NCBI GenBank assembly: GCA_900661335.1
Contig: CAACVY010000005.1
Coordinates: forward strand, 1-62,098
Source of the DNA: an uncultured bacterium
GTDB lineage: Bacteria > Verrucomicrobiota > Kiritimatiellia > PWTM01
DNA length: 62,098 nucleotides
Direction: 5' to 3'
In this document: one piece after another, positions 39,255 through 49,322 of the stretch
Numbering within the stretch: the first letter of the stretch is position 1
Layout: each line of letters opens with the position of its first letter
Notes under the pieces: generated by a model
What the model was told of the DNA's origin: nothing
What the model saw: only the letters and a program-made list of their open reading frames with translations
The model's database searches: none
Translations under genes and position numbers: made by a program

Positions 39255-40532
39255 ATGAAACCTGAGGACGCAATCACGCGATTCGTCAGCGCCGTCATTC
39301 TGACTTCGACTTTTTTCTCTTTCCCTGCAGCCGCAGTGGTACGTGTGCCCGCTTCGACGGCCTACTTTGACCCGGATCCCGATGGAGGGCACATAGGTTC
39401 CTCCGGCGTCATCGAGCGTTGGAAGACCCCGGAGAATCGAATTCTATGGTTTGGTCTGTTCCGACAGACCGGCGAAGTTCATGCGGCCCTCGCCTTGCGT
39501 GTCTTCCATGGGACTGCAGTGCCTTTGCGGCTGACTATCGCTGGGCAGAGTCGCGATGCAATGGCGCTCGGGGAAGGGACGAACACTCTACGTGTGCCTT
39601 TCGGCTCCTACGTGATCTCTTCAAACGGTTACTATTGCATCCGGCTCGAATCGCCCAGTGAGCGTGCGGGTCCGGGAATCGTCGTCGAATCACTGGAGTT
39701 GGACGGTCCGGCATTGCAGAGATCACATTTCAATCTGAAGCCTCGTCGCAACGCCGCCTCGGTTCATCTCTGGTACCCGGTTCCGAAAGAGACCGAAGTG
39801 GAAGCGTTCTACTGCGAGGTGACTCCATTGGAGGATCCTGTCGCTACGTTCTACATGGCGTGTGGGTGGCACCGCGGCTATTTTGGAATGCAGGTCAATA
39901 GCTGCACCGAGCGACGGATCATTTTCAGTGTGTGGGACAGCGGCGGGGAGCCTGTAGACCGCAGCAAGGTGGCCGATGCAGACCGGGTCAAGCTGGTGGC
40001 CAAAGGCGAGGGCGTCTACGCGGGCGACTTTGGTCATGAGGGGACTGGAGGGCACAGTCATCTGAAATACATGTGGAGGTCCGGCGTACCGCACCGGTTT
40101 GTTGTCACTGCGCTCCCCACTGGAAGCAACGAGACGATTTACAGCGGTTTCTATTTTCATCCGGACCAAGCCCAGTGGATTCTGATTTCGAGCTGGCGAG
40201 CACCGAAGGATGGCGGATACCTGCGCGGTCTCCATAGTTTCAGTGAGAACTTTTCCGGCACTACAGGCCACTTGGTGCGAAAAGCCCGGTATGGAAACCA
40301 ATGGATCCGGACTTCTCGAGGTGAGTGGATCGAGCTAGCTACAGCGCGTTTCACCCACGACGAAACGGGTAGATCCGACCGTTTGGACCGATTCGCAGGT
40401 GTCGAGCAAGGGCAGTTCTTCCTTTGCCACGGTGGGTTCCTGCCAGGGTTTACGGAGTACGGTCAAGTCTTTACCCGATCGCCCGCACGTCATCCCCCTG
40501 CCGATCTCACATTGCCGCCAGTGAAACCCTGA
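39255..40532 (+). CDS. Secreted DUF5077/DUF3472-type protein
   Basis: Signal peptide, RRNAASVHLWY, FYCEVT, GYFGMQVNS.TERRIIFSVWD, SFSENF. Confidence 0.75.
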   Translation: MKPEDAITRFVSAVILTSTFFSFPAAAVVRVPASTAYFDPDPDGGHIGSSGVIERWKTPENRILWFGLFRQTGEVHAALALRVFHGTAVPLRLTIAGQSRDAMALGEGTNTLRVPFGSYVISSNGYYCIRLESPSERAGPGIVVESLELDGPALQRSHFNLKPRRNAASVHLWYPVPKETEVEAFYCEVTPLEDPVATFYMACGWHRGYFGMQVNSCTERRIIFSVWDSGGEPVDRSKVADADRVKLVAKGEGVYAGDFGHEGTGGHSHLKYMWRSGVPHRFVVTALPTGSNETIYSGFYFHPDQAQWILISSWRAPKDGGYLRGLHSFSENFSGTTGHLVRKARYGNQWIRTSRGEWIELATARFTHDETGRSDRLDRFAGVEQGQFFLCHGGFLPGFTEYGQVFTRSPARHPPADLTLPPVKP

Positions 40533-40908
40533 AGCGAGGTTGGACCGCACACGGCACAGGAAAGTGTTTCTTTCAGACAACAAACCTGCTCCGGTTTGTT
40601 CAACTCCCCAGGCCCGAGGATTCGTCAATGGGCCCCAAGATGCAGCTTGTGCTCGAGGCTCTATTTAAGGCCAGCGAGGCGCGGCACGTCTGGGCCGCTC
40701 AGTCGCAGACGGCTCGAGTTTTGCCACGATCATGTCTGGCGTCCGCCGGTGCTCCGCTTGCAAGGTTGTCGCTTCCTGACGCAGGTGGCTGACGAATTCT
40801 GGCGCGAAATTGGCTGTGAAGTTGCGGTCGTTTTGGGAACCTGTGGGTAATGCGGCCGCTAGTCCAGGGGAGCGCTTGGGGTCGGATTCGGTTCCGAAAT
40901 GGGTGAGC

Positions 40909-43044
40909 TTAGCTCGAAGGTTGTGCGGGTGGTTGTGGCTTGGCGGATGGCAGGCTTGGCTTTTGGACGGCCTGTGTGGCCGCGGGCTGGGATGTGGGCG
41001 CCCCGCCTGGTTGGGCTGGCCTGGCCTCGGCTTTCGGCGGAGGCGAGGCCGATGGCGCCGATGGCTTGGGCGGAGGCGGCGGAATCATCGTCAACGCCAA
41101 CAGCTCTTGCGCCGGCACGAGATGCCTCCAGAAGAACGCTTGCATCCGGTCCTCGGCGGGCACCGCTTCGCGTTCCAACACTTGGCCCTCATTGGTCGCC
41201 ACGCCGACGATGTGAAGTCGGATTGGCGCGTTCGTTCCGACTTGCGTCGTTCGAAGCGTTACGCGTGTCATTGTTTGTGTGCCGGACAGCACTGCAGGCG
41301 CCATCGAAAAGCCCTCGGGCGGGTCTTTGAGCGTCAGGTACACCGGAGCCGTACATCCGTCTTTTCGTAGAATGTGTACATTGAGCGACGCTGTACCCGA
41401 GCCGCGGAAGATGACGCGCGAGGGCTCGGCGCGCAACGCAAAGTCTGGCCTAGGTGGGCTGATCCGGAGGCGGTAAACGAAATCAGGTCCGCCTCGGTGC
41501 TGCGTATCGCGAATTTGCACGAAATATACGCCATTCGAGGGTAGGGGAAGTACCAAGTAGGAGTCTGCATGGTGAGTGTTCAACCCCGAGGCAAGGTCTT
41601 CCCAGTCGTCGTTGAACCCCACTAAGTTTCCTTCGCGGTCGGTGACTTTGACCAGGGCGTCCAAGGGTGAATCCAATCGTCGGGCCCAAACTTCCACCAC
41701 CAGCGGCGCGTTCGTGGAACATTCGACGGCAAAGATATCCGTATCCGCCGGCGAGTCGATTCGCCCATTGACCGCGGTGGGAATCTGGACCGTTTGGGCG
41801 TTTGCGATCGTCGAGTTCGGTTCTCGATCCACTTGGGATGGCAGGTCGTCAACCAGGAACGGACACCAATTCGACATCCATCCATGGCGCCCCGGACAGC
41901 TGAGGAAGTGGATACCGAGGGTGGGCTGTGGGAAGGGGTATTCCCATGTGGTCCGGTCCAAGTTCCATCCCGACAGTTGCAGCACAGGCCGTTCCTGGAG
42001 CGCGGCGCCGATTGGAAATATGGACATGATAAACGGGACCTCGCCGAGCGTGATCCGATAGACGAAATCTTCACGGCCGCGAAAAAGCGCGTCGTGGATA
42101 GCGATTCGGTATGGCCCATCGGTAGGAACTTCGAAAAAGAGAACGGGATCCGGCCGGTGTCGGAAATCATCCATGTAGGCCAGCTCGCGCCCGGCCGAGT
42201 CGTATACACCTACCACTGGCTGGAACCACCCGGGCACGGCGTCTGCAATATATGGCACCAGGTCACGGGCTTGGACGACCGCAACGAGTTTCTGACCTTT
42301 TTTGGCCGAGAAGAGAAACCTGTCCACTTGCCCAGGACCAATCTGGCCGTTGATCACACAAGGTAAGGAGACCTGCAGCTCATCGTCGTCCAAGTCCGAG
42401 GCGACGGGCCCATCGCTGGGCGCCATTGCCGACATCATCATCGTCATCGTGTTACCGGATGTCGTCGAAGCCTGCCGCCGCCGCAAACTGTCCGCCTCTT
42501 TACCAAGGATGGCTTTTCGAGTGGTCGGCAGGGGCGGCGCGCCGACTTCAGGGAACTGGCTGACCATGAACCGCAGTGGGTTGGATAATCCCATTGCGCT
42601 GGCGACTCGAATTTCTCGCGGACCGGGGGCAGCATTGGATGCGATCACCATATCCACGATCAGCAGGTTCGCAATTGAATCGCACTGAGGAAGGTCCGTC
42701 CAAGTCTCGATCAGCCGCGTGAGCCGGATCATCAGGTTCGTGATCGTGGGCTCCCGTTGTCGTTCTGGTGGCATGCGCCGTAGTTCGCTCAGCTGTTCGC
42801 GCAGAAGCTGAACTTCCTGCGGGTTCATGCGCTTGTTGTACTCGACGATCTGGCCTTCGACTCCGTTTCCGCTCACGTGGACCCGAAACGGATCATGGAT
42901 GTTCTGTCCGCCGATGATGACGCGTACCGTGGTGCCCTGTTGCCCACCAGCCGGGTACACGAATCCGATGTAAGGCAATTGTCCTACGCTGACGCTCGCG
43001 GCGAACGCAGCACCCGCGATGAAAGTCCGACAAGTTCGACGCAT
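40909..43044 (-). CDS. PVC-type PPC-domain 'peptidase-like' secreted protein
   Basis: PYIGFVYPAGGQQG, REPNST, GRIDSPADTD, RGGPDFVYRL.I, Pro/Ala/Gln-rich tail. Confidence 0.75.
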   Translation of the reverse strand: MRRTCRTFIAGAAFAASVSVGQLPYIGFVYPAGGQQGTTVRVIIGGQNIHDPFRVHVSGNGVEGQIVEYNKRMNPQEVQLLREQLSELRRMPPERQREPTITNLMIRLTRLIETWTDLPQCDSIANLLIVDMVIASNAAPGPREIRVASAMGLSNPLRFMVSQFPEVGAPPLPTTRKAILGKEADSLRRRQASTTSGNTMTMMMSAMAPSDGPVASDLDDDELQVSLPCVINGQIGPGQVDRFLFSAKKGQKLVAVVQARDLVPYIADAVPGWFQPVVGVYDSAGRELAYMDDFRHRPDPVLFFEVPTDGPYRIAIHDALFRGREDFVYRITLGEVPFIMSIFPIGAALQERPVLQLSGWNLDRTTWEYPFPQPTLGIHFLSCPGRHGWMSNWCPFLVDDLPSQVDREPNSTIANAQTVQIPTAVNGRIDSPADTDIFAVECSTNAPLVVEVWARRLDSPLDALVKVTDREGNLVGFNDDWEDLASGLNTHHADSYLVLPLPSNGVYFVQIRDTQHRGGPDFVYRLRISPPRPDFALRAEPSRVIFRGSGTASLNVHILRKDGCTAPVYLTLKDPPEGFSMAPAVLSGTQTMTRVTLRTTQVGTNAPIRLHIVGVATNEGQVLEREAVPAEDRMQAFFWRHLVPAQELLALTMIPPPPPKPSAPSASPPPKAEARPAQPGGAPTSQPAATQAVQKPSLPSAKPQPPAQPSS

Positions 43045-43069
43045 ACAGAGAGAACCTTGTGTGACCGCC

Positions 43070-44452
43070 TCAGGACATGATCTCCTTCAATCGTCCTCCA
43101 GATTTGATCCCAGGTTCGTTCATGGCAAGGACGGGTGCGTCCAGACCCAACGGGTGGGGCAGCGGAGCCTCCGGGTCAATCCCCGCCAGTTCGTAAATGC
43201 TCCCCAACAGGTCCACGGGATAGACGGGGCGCTCGACAACTTCTTCGCCCTTGGCATCGGTCTTGCCCACAACGTGCCCGCCCTTAAAACCGCCGCCTGC
43301 AACTAGGACGGTGAAGGCCTTCCCGTGATGGTTGCGTCCCCCGTTCCACGGCGGTTGCCAATCGACTTTGGGGGTTCGACCGAACTCGCCACAGCACCAG
43401 ACGATCGTAGTTTCGAGGAGGCCGCGATCGTGCAGGTCTTGCAACAAGGTGGCCAAGCCTTGATCGAGCTGTGGGCATTGTCGCCGCATGGTCGGGAAAT
43501 GGTTCGAGTGCGTGTCCCAACCGCCTGGATAATTGATGGTGACGTAGGGCACCCCAGCCTCGACCAGGCGGCGGGCCACGAGACACGACTGGCCAAAGGT
43601 GTGTCGGCCGTATCGCTCGCGCAGTTTGGGGTCTTCCTTCGAAAGGTCAAAGACATCCTTGCCTTCGCCGAGGATCAGGTTGTACGCCTGATTTCGGCAC
43701 TCGCGCGAAGCGGCAATCTCTGGATGATCCGGCGCGACGACCCCCAAGGCGTTCACTTCGACCAGAAGTTGCTGCCGGGCCTTTTGGCGTTCGTCGCTGA
43801 TTCCGCGGGCCACGACGCCTTCCACTTCGAACCTCGGAGCGTTCGGATCCCCGCCGGTGGAAAACGGCTTGAACTTCGAGCCCAAAAACCCAGCCTCGGA
43901 AAAGCGGCCTTGAGGTCTGGTCAAGACCACGTAGGGCGGGATCAGACCTTTATATCCTGCTTGGTAACCCTTGAACAGCGCAAACACCGCTCCCGCGCTG
44001 GGGAACGCCAAACGAGCCCCCGGGCTGTGGCCGGTTTGCATCAGATAAGCCGCTGTTTCGTGCCCGTTGTTGCCGTGGGTCATGCCCCGGATCAATGAGA
44101 ACTTGTCCGCTTGCTTGGCTAGCATGGGAAACAGTTCGCTGAGCACGATGCCGTCGACGTTGCTCTTCACCACTCCCTTGAACTCGCCCGTGTAGTCATA
44201 GCCAGCGTCCGGTTTGGGATCCCAGGTGTCGGTGTGGGACATGCCACCCCACAAAAACACTTGGATCACGGATTTCGCCTTGGCGCGTGGCTTGGGCGAG
44301 GTAGTGTCGGCCAACGCTTCGGGCCCCCAACGGTTTCCCAGCGCAGCTCCGGCGGCAGCCACAAGGCCGCCCCGAAGCACCTCCCGTCGCGTCCAGTAGG
44401 AACTCCATCTGGTCGCCGAGGCGTTCATTGAGTCGGTCCGTTGCCTGCTCAT
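43070..44452 (-). CDS. DUF1501 domain protein with Tat signal
   Basis: TRREVL Tat motif, LWGGMSHTDTWDPK, ARRLVEAGV, WDTH, GEFGRTPK. Confidence 0.9.
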   Translation of the reverse strand: MSRQRTDSMNASATRWSSYWTRREVLRGGLVAAAGAALGNRWGPEALADTTSPKPRAKAKSVIQVFLWGGMSHTDTWDPKPDAGYDYTGEFKGVVKSNVDGIVLSELFPMLAKQADKFSLIRGMTHGNNGHETAAYLMQTGHSPGARLAFPSAGAVFALFKGYQAGYKGLIPPYVVLTRPQGRFSEAGFLGSKFKPFSTGGDPNAPRFEVEGVVARGISDERQKARQQLLVEVNALGVVAPDHPEIAASRECRNQAYNLILGEGKDVFDLSKEDPKLRERYGRHTFGQSCLVARRLVEAGVPYVTINYPGGWDTHSNHFPTMRRQCPQLDQGLATLLQDLHDRGLLETTIVWCCGEFGRTPKVDWQPPWNGGRNHHGKAFTVLVAGGGFKGGHVVGKTDAKGEEVVERPVYPVDLLGSIYELAGIDPEAPLPHPLGLDAPVLAMNEPGIKSGGRLKEIMS

Positions 44453-44512
44453 GGTACCTCCTTTGCGTGTCGCCCTGAATGCGGCGACCGCACCGTCATC
44501 GCCATCAGGTTT

Positions 44513-46189
44513 TCAGTGCCGAAAAAGAAACTCATCAGAGTTGATCAAAGCCCATGCAACATCATTCCACAGGTCCCGGCCACGGACGAGGCCGCGCCGC
44601 GCGTACTCCTGAAACTTCTTCCGTTCTGCTTCCGCAGGTGGTCGGTTCAAGATGGTCAAGTAAAGATCCGTCAAAATCCCGTCAAAGTCCTTTCCGGGGG
44701 CCGTGGTAAGCACAGCCAGCAGCGGGCTCGATTGGATCTTGTTCTGAATATGGCTGGAGTTTAGCAGATGCATCCATTGAGCAGGCAGCGGCCGGTTGGA
44801 TCGTTCGTTTTCCATTCCGGTGGCACGCGCCGGCCGACCAAACAGCTCAAGGAACGGGCTTGTGATACTCCCGTCGGGGAGACTGACGGCACTCCGGGTC
44901 TCCGGCACGAATGTGAACGGCTCCGGGATCGGACTGGTGTACAGCTCGCGGGTGCCGGTCACCTTGTTGATTGCGTCAATTAGAACTTCCGCCTCCAGCC
45001 GACGCATCGGATAAAAGGCAAATTTCCCCTCGGTGCGGGCAAGGTCATTGGGACCTGCTAACGATGTATGCTGCCAGGTGCGGGAGTTCAAAATGATCCG
45101 GTAGAGGTGACGCGTGTCGTAGTTCGCTCGAATCAGCTCCGACTTCAAGTATTCGAGCAACGCTGGAATCGACGGCGGATTGTCGGGACGAAAGTCGTCG
45201 GGCTCATGAACGATTCCCCGGCCCAAGAGCCATGCCCAAATTCGGTTGGCGATGTTAGCCGTGAACCACGCATTGCTCGGCGTGATTAGCCAGTCCGCGA
45301 AGACTTCCCTCGGGTCGCGGTCGTCGCGCAGCTCGACCTTGGTTCCGTCGGGGAACTCTGCCACCCGTGGGACTGTGACTGCGGCGGCGTTGGTCGTGCG
45401 CACCACGATCCGCTCCGGATCCCAGAACACGATTTCTTCTTTCCATTCCTTAGTCGGTTTGATGCTCAGTTGGCTGAAGAACGCGGCCATGCCGGCCACT
45501 TTGTTGGACGGCCAAGTGTCGAGCCGTGTCCCCATGAACGTCAATGCCACGGCGGTGGCCCATCCTTCCGGCGTGCGATTTTGAACCGCACGGTAGAAGT
45601 TAACCGGGCCGACTCGGAAGTTGCTACCATTGGTGGTCAGCATCTCCCGAACGAACTGCGTATAGGGCTTGTTGAACCGAATGGACTCCCAAACCCACCT
45701 GTGAAAGGCCTGGGCGGCATTGGGCCACAAGTTGACCGGGAACTCCGCTTTGATTCGAAGAATATCGCCCCATTTCATCGCCCAGTAGTCGGCGAACTCC
45801 GGACGATTGAGAACTTGATCGATGAGCTGCGCGCGCTTGGCGGGGTTCGTGTCGGACAGAAACGCGGTCACCTCTGCAGGGCTGGGAAGGACCCCCATGG
45901 TGTCGAGGTACAGCCGTCGGATGAACACGGCATCGGAACAAATGGCCGGCCGTACGCCGAGCTTTTCAAGTTCCGCATACACGATCCGATCGATTTGCGA
46001 CGTCGGAACATTGTCCGAGGTGGCTTCCCAAATCGCCCGATCGATCGGTGGGGGGTTGAAGGTGGGCGGAGCGTTAGGATCGGGACCCCCGAGAACCTCA
46101 ATGGCTGCGCCCGCGAGGACCAGCGCAATCACCATTCGCTCGGTTTGGCGAGCCAAGTCCATTCCGGCAACAGAGAGAACAAGCACCAT
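44513..46189 (-). CDS. DUF1549/DUF1553 (PSD1) domain protein
   Basis: FIRRLYLD..G.LP, ANRIWAWLLGRGIV.EPDDF, RRLEAEVLIDA, FLELFGRP, WALINSDEFLFRH; AAGGAG RBS. Confidence 0.9.
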   Translation of the reverse strand: MVLVLSVAGMDLARQTERMVIALVLAGAAIEVLGGPDPNAPPTFNPPPIDRAIWEATSDNVPTSQIDRIVYAELEKLGVRPAICSDAVFIRRLYLDTMGVLPSPAEVTAFLSDTNPAKRAQLIDQVLNRPEFADYWAMKWGDILRIKAEFPVNLWPNAAQAFHRWVWESIRFNKPYTQFVREMLTTNGSNFRVGPVNFYRAVQNRTPEGWATAVALTFMGTRLDTWPSNKVAGMAAFFSQLSIKPTKEWKEEIVFWDPERIVVRTTNAAAVTVPRVAEFPDGTKVELRDDRDPREVFADWLITPSNAWFTANIANRIWAWLLGRGIVHEPDDFRPDNPPSIPALLEYLKSELIRANYDTRHLYRIILNSRTWQHTSLAGPNDLARTEGKFAFYPMRRLEAEVLIDAINKVTGTRELYTSPIPEPFTFVPETRSAVSLPDGSITSPFLELFGRPARATGMENERSNRPLPAQWMHLLNSSHIQNKIQSSPLLAVLTTAPGKDFDGILTDLYLTILNRPPAEAERKKFQEYARRGLVRGRDLWNDVAWALINSDEFLFRH

Positions 46190-46206
46190 GGTCTCCTTTG
46201 TAAGGT

Positions 46207-46235
46207 ACTATCCTTGCACACCCGCCAGTTGTCAA
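46207..46235 (-). promoter_or_regulatory. Putative sigma70 promoter of the DUF1549-DUF1501-PPC operon
   Basis: TTGACA-N17-GATAGT, followed by AAGGAG and ATG 46189. Confidence 0.5.
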
Positions 46236-46524
46236 CCCTGTCCGACCACATTCGAAACAAAAAGCAGTGCGCGCCAAGGAGGTTGGGTGGGGAACCCAGG
46301 GAAAACGCGCACTGCCGAGCATAGACTACTACACCGCTACGAACTTGTCAACCGGTCAAGCCCGTTTGGTTTTTCTCTCTGGGTGACCCCGTAAGGCTCG
46401 CCAAGTTTTACGAGTACGGGTGCCGAGCGTGTCCTGCCATATTCGCCGGCGGGCGTGCAGGTGAAAAGGGATGCGCGCGGCTACGAGTTCCCCGGCGACG
46501 TGGCCGGCGTAGCACTCGGGAAGC

Positions 46525-48927
46525 TCAGGGGGTTCGGACCGAGGCCAGTGGGCTGGAAGGGGGCGCGACGAACACCTCGCGCTCTTTTCCATGTTCTTGA
46601 AGCCACACTGTCACAGGCCTGGGCTCGTCCGCCAAACGGATCCGAACCACTCCCACGGCGCCCGTGGCCATGAGGTCGATCCATGTCGACTCCTGCGAGA
46701 GCATTCGGACTGGGCCCGGCTCTGGCGTTCCGGTGGGCCACGGACGGATCGCAGTGACGAACCGAATATCTTCGCGCTTTTGGGTTGTCGATGCGCGAAC
46801 GTGCCATTGTTGGAGTTGGGAGCGCCGGGGTGGCGGATCGAATCGGTCAGTTTGCGAGATCTCGATGTCTTGGGGGACAAGAAACTCCAAGCGACACGAG
46901 CCAGACGGACGGGCCAGACGCAACACGGGCCCCGGCCCGATCTCCATGCGAGCCAAACTATGAAACCATGCATCCGCCGTCACCGGGTTGGTGGCGACGA
47001 TGCGGTCGTACAGAAGAATCAGATCAGGCTTCACAAACAGCAGGTACCGTGTAAAGCGTCGTAAGCGGCCTTGGTAGGCTTCCGCCGCCTCTCCGGCGAC
47101 GTAATCCATTGCACGCGAGGTGAAGAAGCCGACGATTTGGCCTTTCGATTCCAGCGACCGCCGCCCTTGGCCTTGGCCGCCATCCAGCGTCACGCTGTTG
47201 ACCGACTTTGTCTCCCACATCCAGTTACGGTGATGGGCGCTGCCATATTGGTCGCGATGACCCGAGGGAATCAGCAGGGCATCCCCATAGGCGTACAACA
47301 CGAAACTGTTTTGAGCGTCGTATCCGTGACTATGGGTACCCATGGGCGAACTCTTGAAAATGATCTGCACGTCGTTCGACGCGTGGAGCAGGGTCGTGTG
47401 CAACGCCGCCTGACCAATGCCTCGAAATACGATGGACGTCGGCAGATTCGTGGGCACCTTGGCCACCACGGGAGGACGGGCGCCGCGTACGAGGCGCACG
47501 TAGGCGCTGGGGCCGCTGGCCAGCGCTTGGGGCTTCGGGGGCCAGTCGCAGGTTTGCTCAGCATACCATTGCCAATAGGGGTTTCTTGCAAGCGAGGCGA
47601 ACTCTCCGACCAGCTCGCCAATGGCCATGCTGGGCCGGCGATCGCAAAGGTCCCCCATGCCCATCCAGGGGGCTCCAGGAGGCGCGATGTAAATGGGAAA
47701 CCACCCCACGTTCGCAAAGAACGGCAGGCGGAAGAGGTCCACACCGATCGCGACGCGAAACGCATCGGCCCACCAGGTGAACCGTTGCATGTAGCTGTGC
47801 CAGTACGAAAGTCCTTCGTGCCATCCTCCGTCTTCATCGTTCCACACCGGGTAGGTACAGAATTGCTTCAACAACACGAACTCCATCCAATCGCGCGTGT
47901 CGGGGATTTCGCGCCAGAACGCGATCGTGGCCTCCCCGAGCTTGTGCCAAGCGCGGTTCTGATGGCTTTCATACGGCGTCCACAGTTGGCGTGGACACAA
48001 GTGACGGTACATTTCGGTGCTACGGATGCGAATCACCTCGCGACACCGTGCGCGTTCCGCCTCGGACAACCAAGGGTGGACGTACGTGTACGCTCGAGCG
48101 AAGTAGTACACAAAGGGCATACCAGCTTCGTCGTTGTAGCGATACCCCGTGCTGCCAGTCGGGTCCCACCCGGCCGCTGCGAGCAGCCAGGCTCGTGCCG
48201 TTTGCGCATAGTGCTCAGGTGCCCCAAGTCGCCATGCGAACGCAAGCGTCGCCGCGCCATCCAACAACGCAATCGTCGCTTCTCGGTTGCCCCACCAGAT
48301 CTTCATCCACTCGTCGCTTTCCCTGGGCAAGTCCGGCGGGTAGAGCGGCGGTTCGTTCGTGGAAGGTGGGCGCTGAAGCAAGCGCTCGCACCGTTGCGTG
48401 AATATTGCCCATTCTGCAGCGCGTTCGGTGCGGATAAATTCGCGCAATTGAGGCAGAAACTCCGGCCGAAGAAACAGGCGTGGATGCTCCGAGGGGATCT
48501 TGCGGTCCACTTCCTCCAACGTCGGCATGGGAACCACGGGGGCGGTGGCGGGTAGGGTAAAGGACCGCGCTTGGCTCCATTCGGACGTCTCCCCGAGGGA
48601 CGTCACGAAACGGAATTGCCAGGTCCATACCCCGGGGGCGAGCGGTTGACTTGGACACGTGGCGTTCCAGCGCAAGTTTTGAAGATAAGTGACCGTTCCC
48701 GTGCTGCCCGACTGCCCCGGCCCGATCAACTTGAGCTCGTAGCTGACCGCCGTGCGTTGAGGTCGCCAAACAAAGGGCGGGGGATTGCGGCGCACAACGG
48801 CGTTGTTTTCTGGGCGAACCCCCCATTCACCGGGTTGGGCAGGTCTCTCGTCTGGAACCAGTGCAGCCCACGCACTCCACCCGACGCACAGTACGGTGCA
48901 TCCCATAAGCTTTCGCCGCTGTCTCAC
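46525..48927 (-). CDS. Heparinase II/III family polysaccharide lyase with DUF4962-type N-terminus
   Basis: NPPPFVW, HPRL, YESHQ, DGGWHEG..YW, SHGYDAQNSF, YGSAHH; AAGGAGG RBS before GTG 48927. Confidence 0.82.
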   Translation of the reverse strand: MRQRRKLMGCTVLCVGWSAWAALVPDERPAQPGEWGVRPENNAVVRRNPPPFVWRPQRTAVSYELKLIGPGQSGSTGTVTYLQNLRWNATCPSQPLAPGVWTWQFRFVTSLGETSEWSQARSFTLPATAPVVPMPTLEEVDRKIPSEHPRLFLRPEFLPQLREFIRTERAAEWAIFTQRCERLLQRPPSTNEPPLYPPDLPRESDEWMKIWWGNREATIALLDGAATLAFAWRLGAPEHYAQTARAWLLAAAGWDPTGSTGYRYNDEAGMPFVYYFARAYTYVHPWLSEAERARCREVIRIRSTEMYRHLCPRQLWTPYESHQNRAWHKLGEATIAFWREIPDTRDWMEFVLLKQFCTYPVWNDEDGGWHEGLSYWHSYMQRFTWWADAFRVAIGVDLFRLPFFANVGWFPIYIAPPGAPWMGMGDLCDRRPSMAIGELVGEFASLARNPYWQWYAEQTCDWPPKPQALASGPSAYVRLVRGARPPVVAKVPTNLPTSIVFRGIGQAALHTTLLHASNDVQIIFKSSPMGTHSHGYDAQNSFVLYAYGDALLIPSGHRDQYGSAHHRNWMWETKSVNSVTLDGGQGQGRRSLESKGQIVGFFTSRAMDYVAGEAAEAYQGRLRRFTRYLLFVKPDLILLYDRIVATNPVTADAWFHSLARMEIGPGPVLRLARPSGSCRLEFLVPQDIEISQTDRFDPPPRRSQLQQWHVRASTTQKREDIRFVTAIRPWPTGTPEPGPVRMLSQESTWIDLMATGAVGVVRIRLADEPRPVTVWLQEHGKEREVFVAPPSSPLASVRTP

Positions 48928-49322
48928 CTCGTACCTCCTTGGTCCGGCGATTTCACTGGGCCATGCGGCCGCAGTCGCCGAACTCGTCTTGGCATGGCGG
49001 AAACCTACCATGTCACAGGTGCTACGTCCATCCTATGCGGCGGACCTGATCCGCCGGGCCTGGTACCCGGGGGTTCGTGTTGAGGAAACTTTGCGTACAA
49101 TACATAGGCTTGGACGTCGAAACCAGGCTCTCGAGCCGCTCGGTAACTGAAGCTACTGGACCGCATCCGCTGAAGAATTACGAGTTCGTTCCAAGCAAGT
49201 AAGCCCGTCGAGCGTGCCCGAGATCATGATGTTCTTGCCGAAACTCTTTCCCAGCGGCCGGTCGGTTGTCCGAACCTATCCTTGTCGAGGCCACGCGAGA
49301 CGTTTACGATACGGAGATACTG

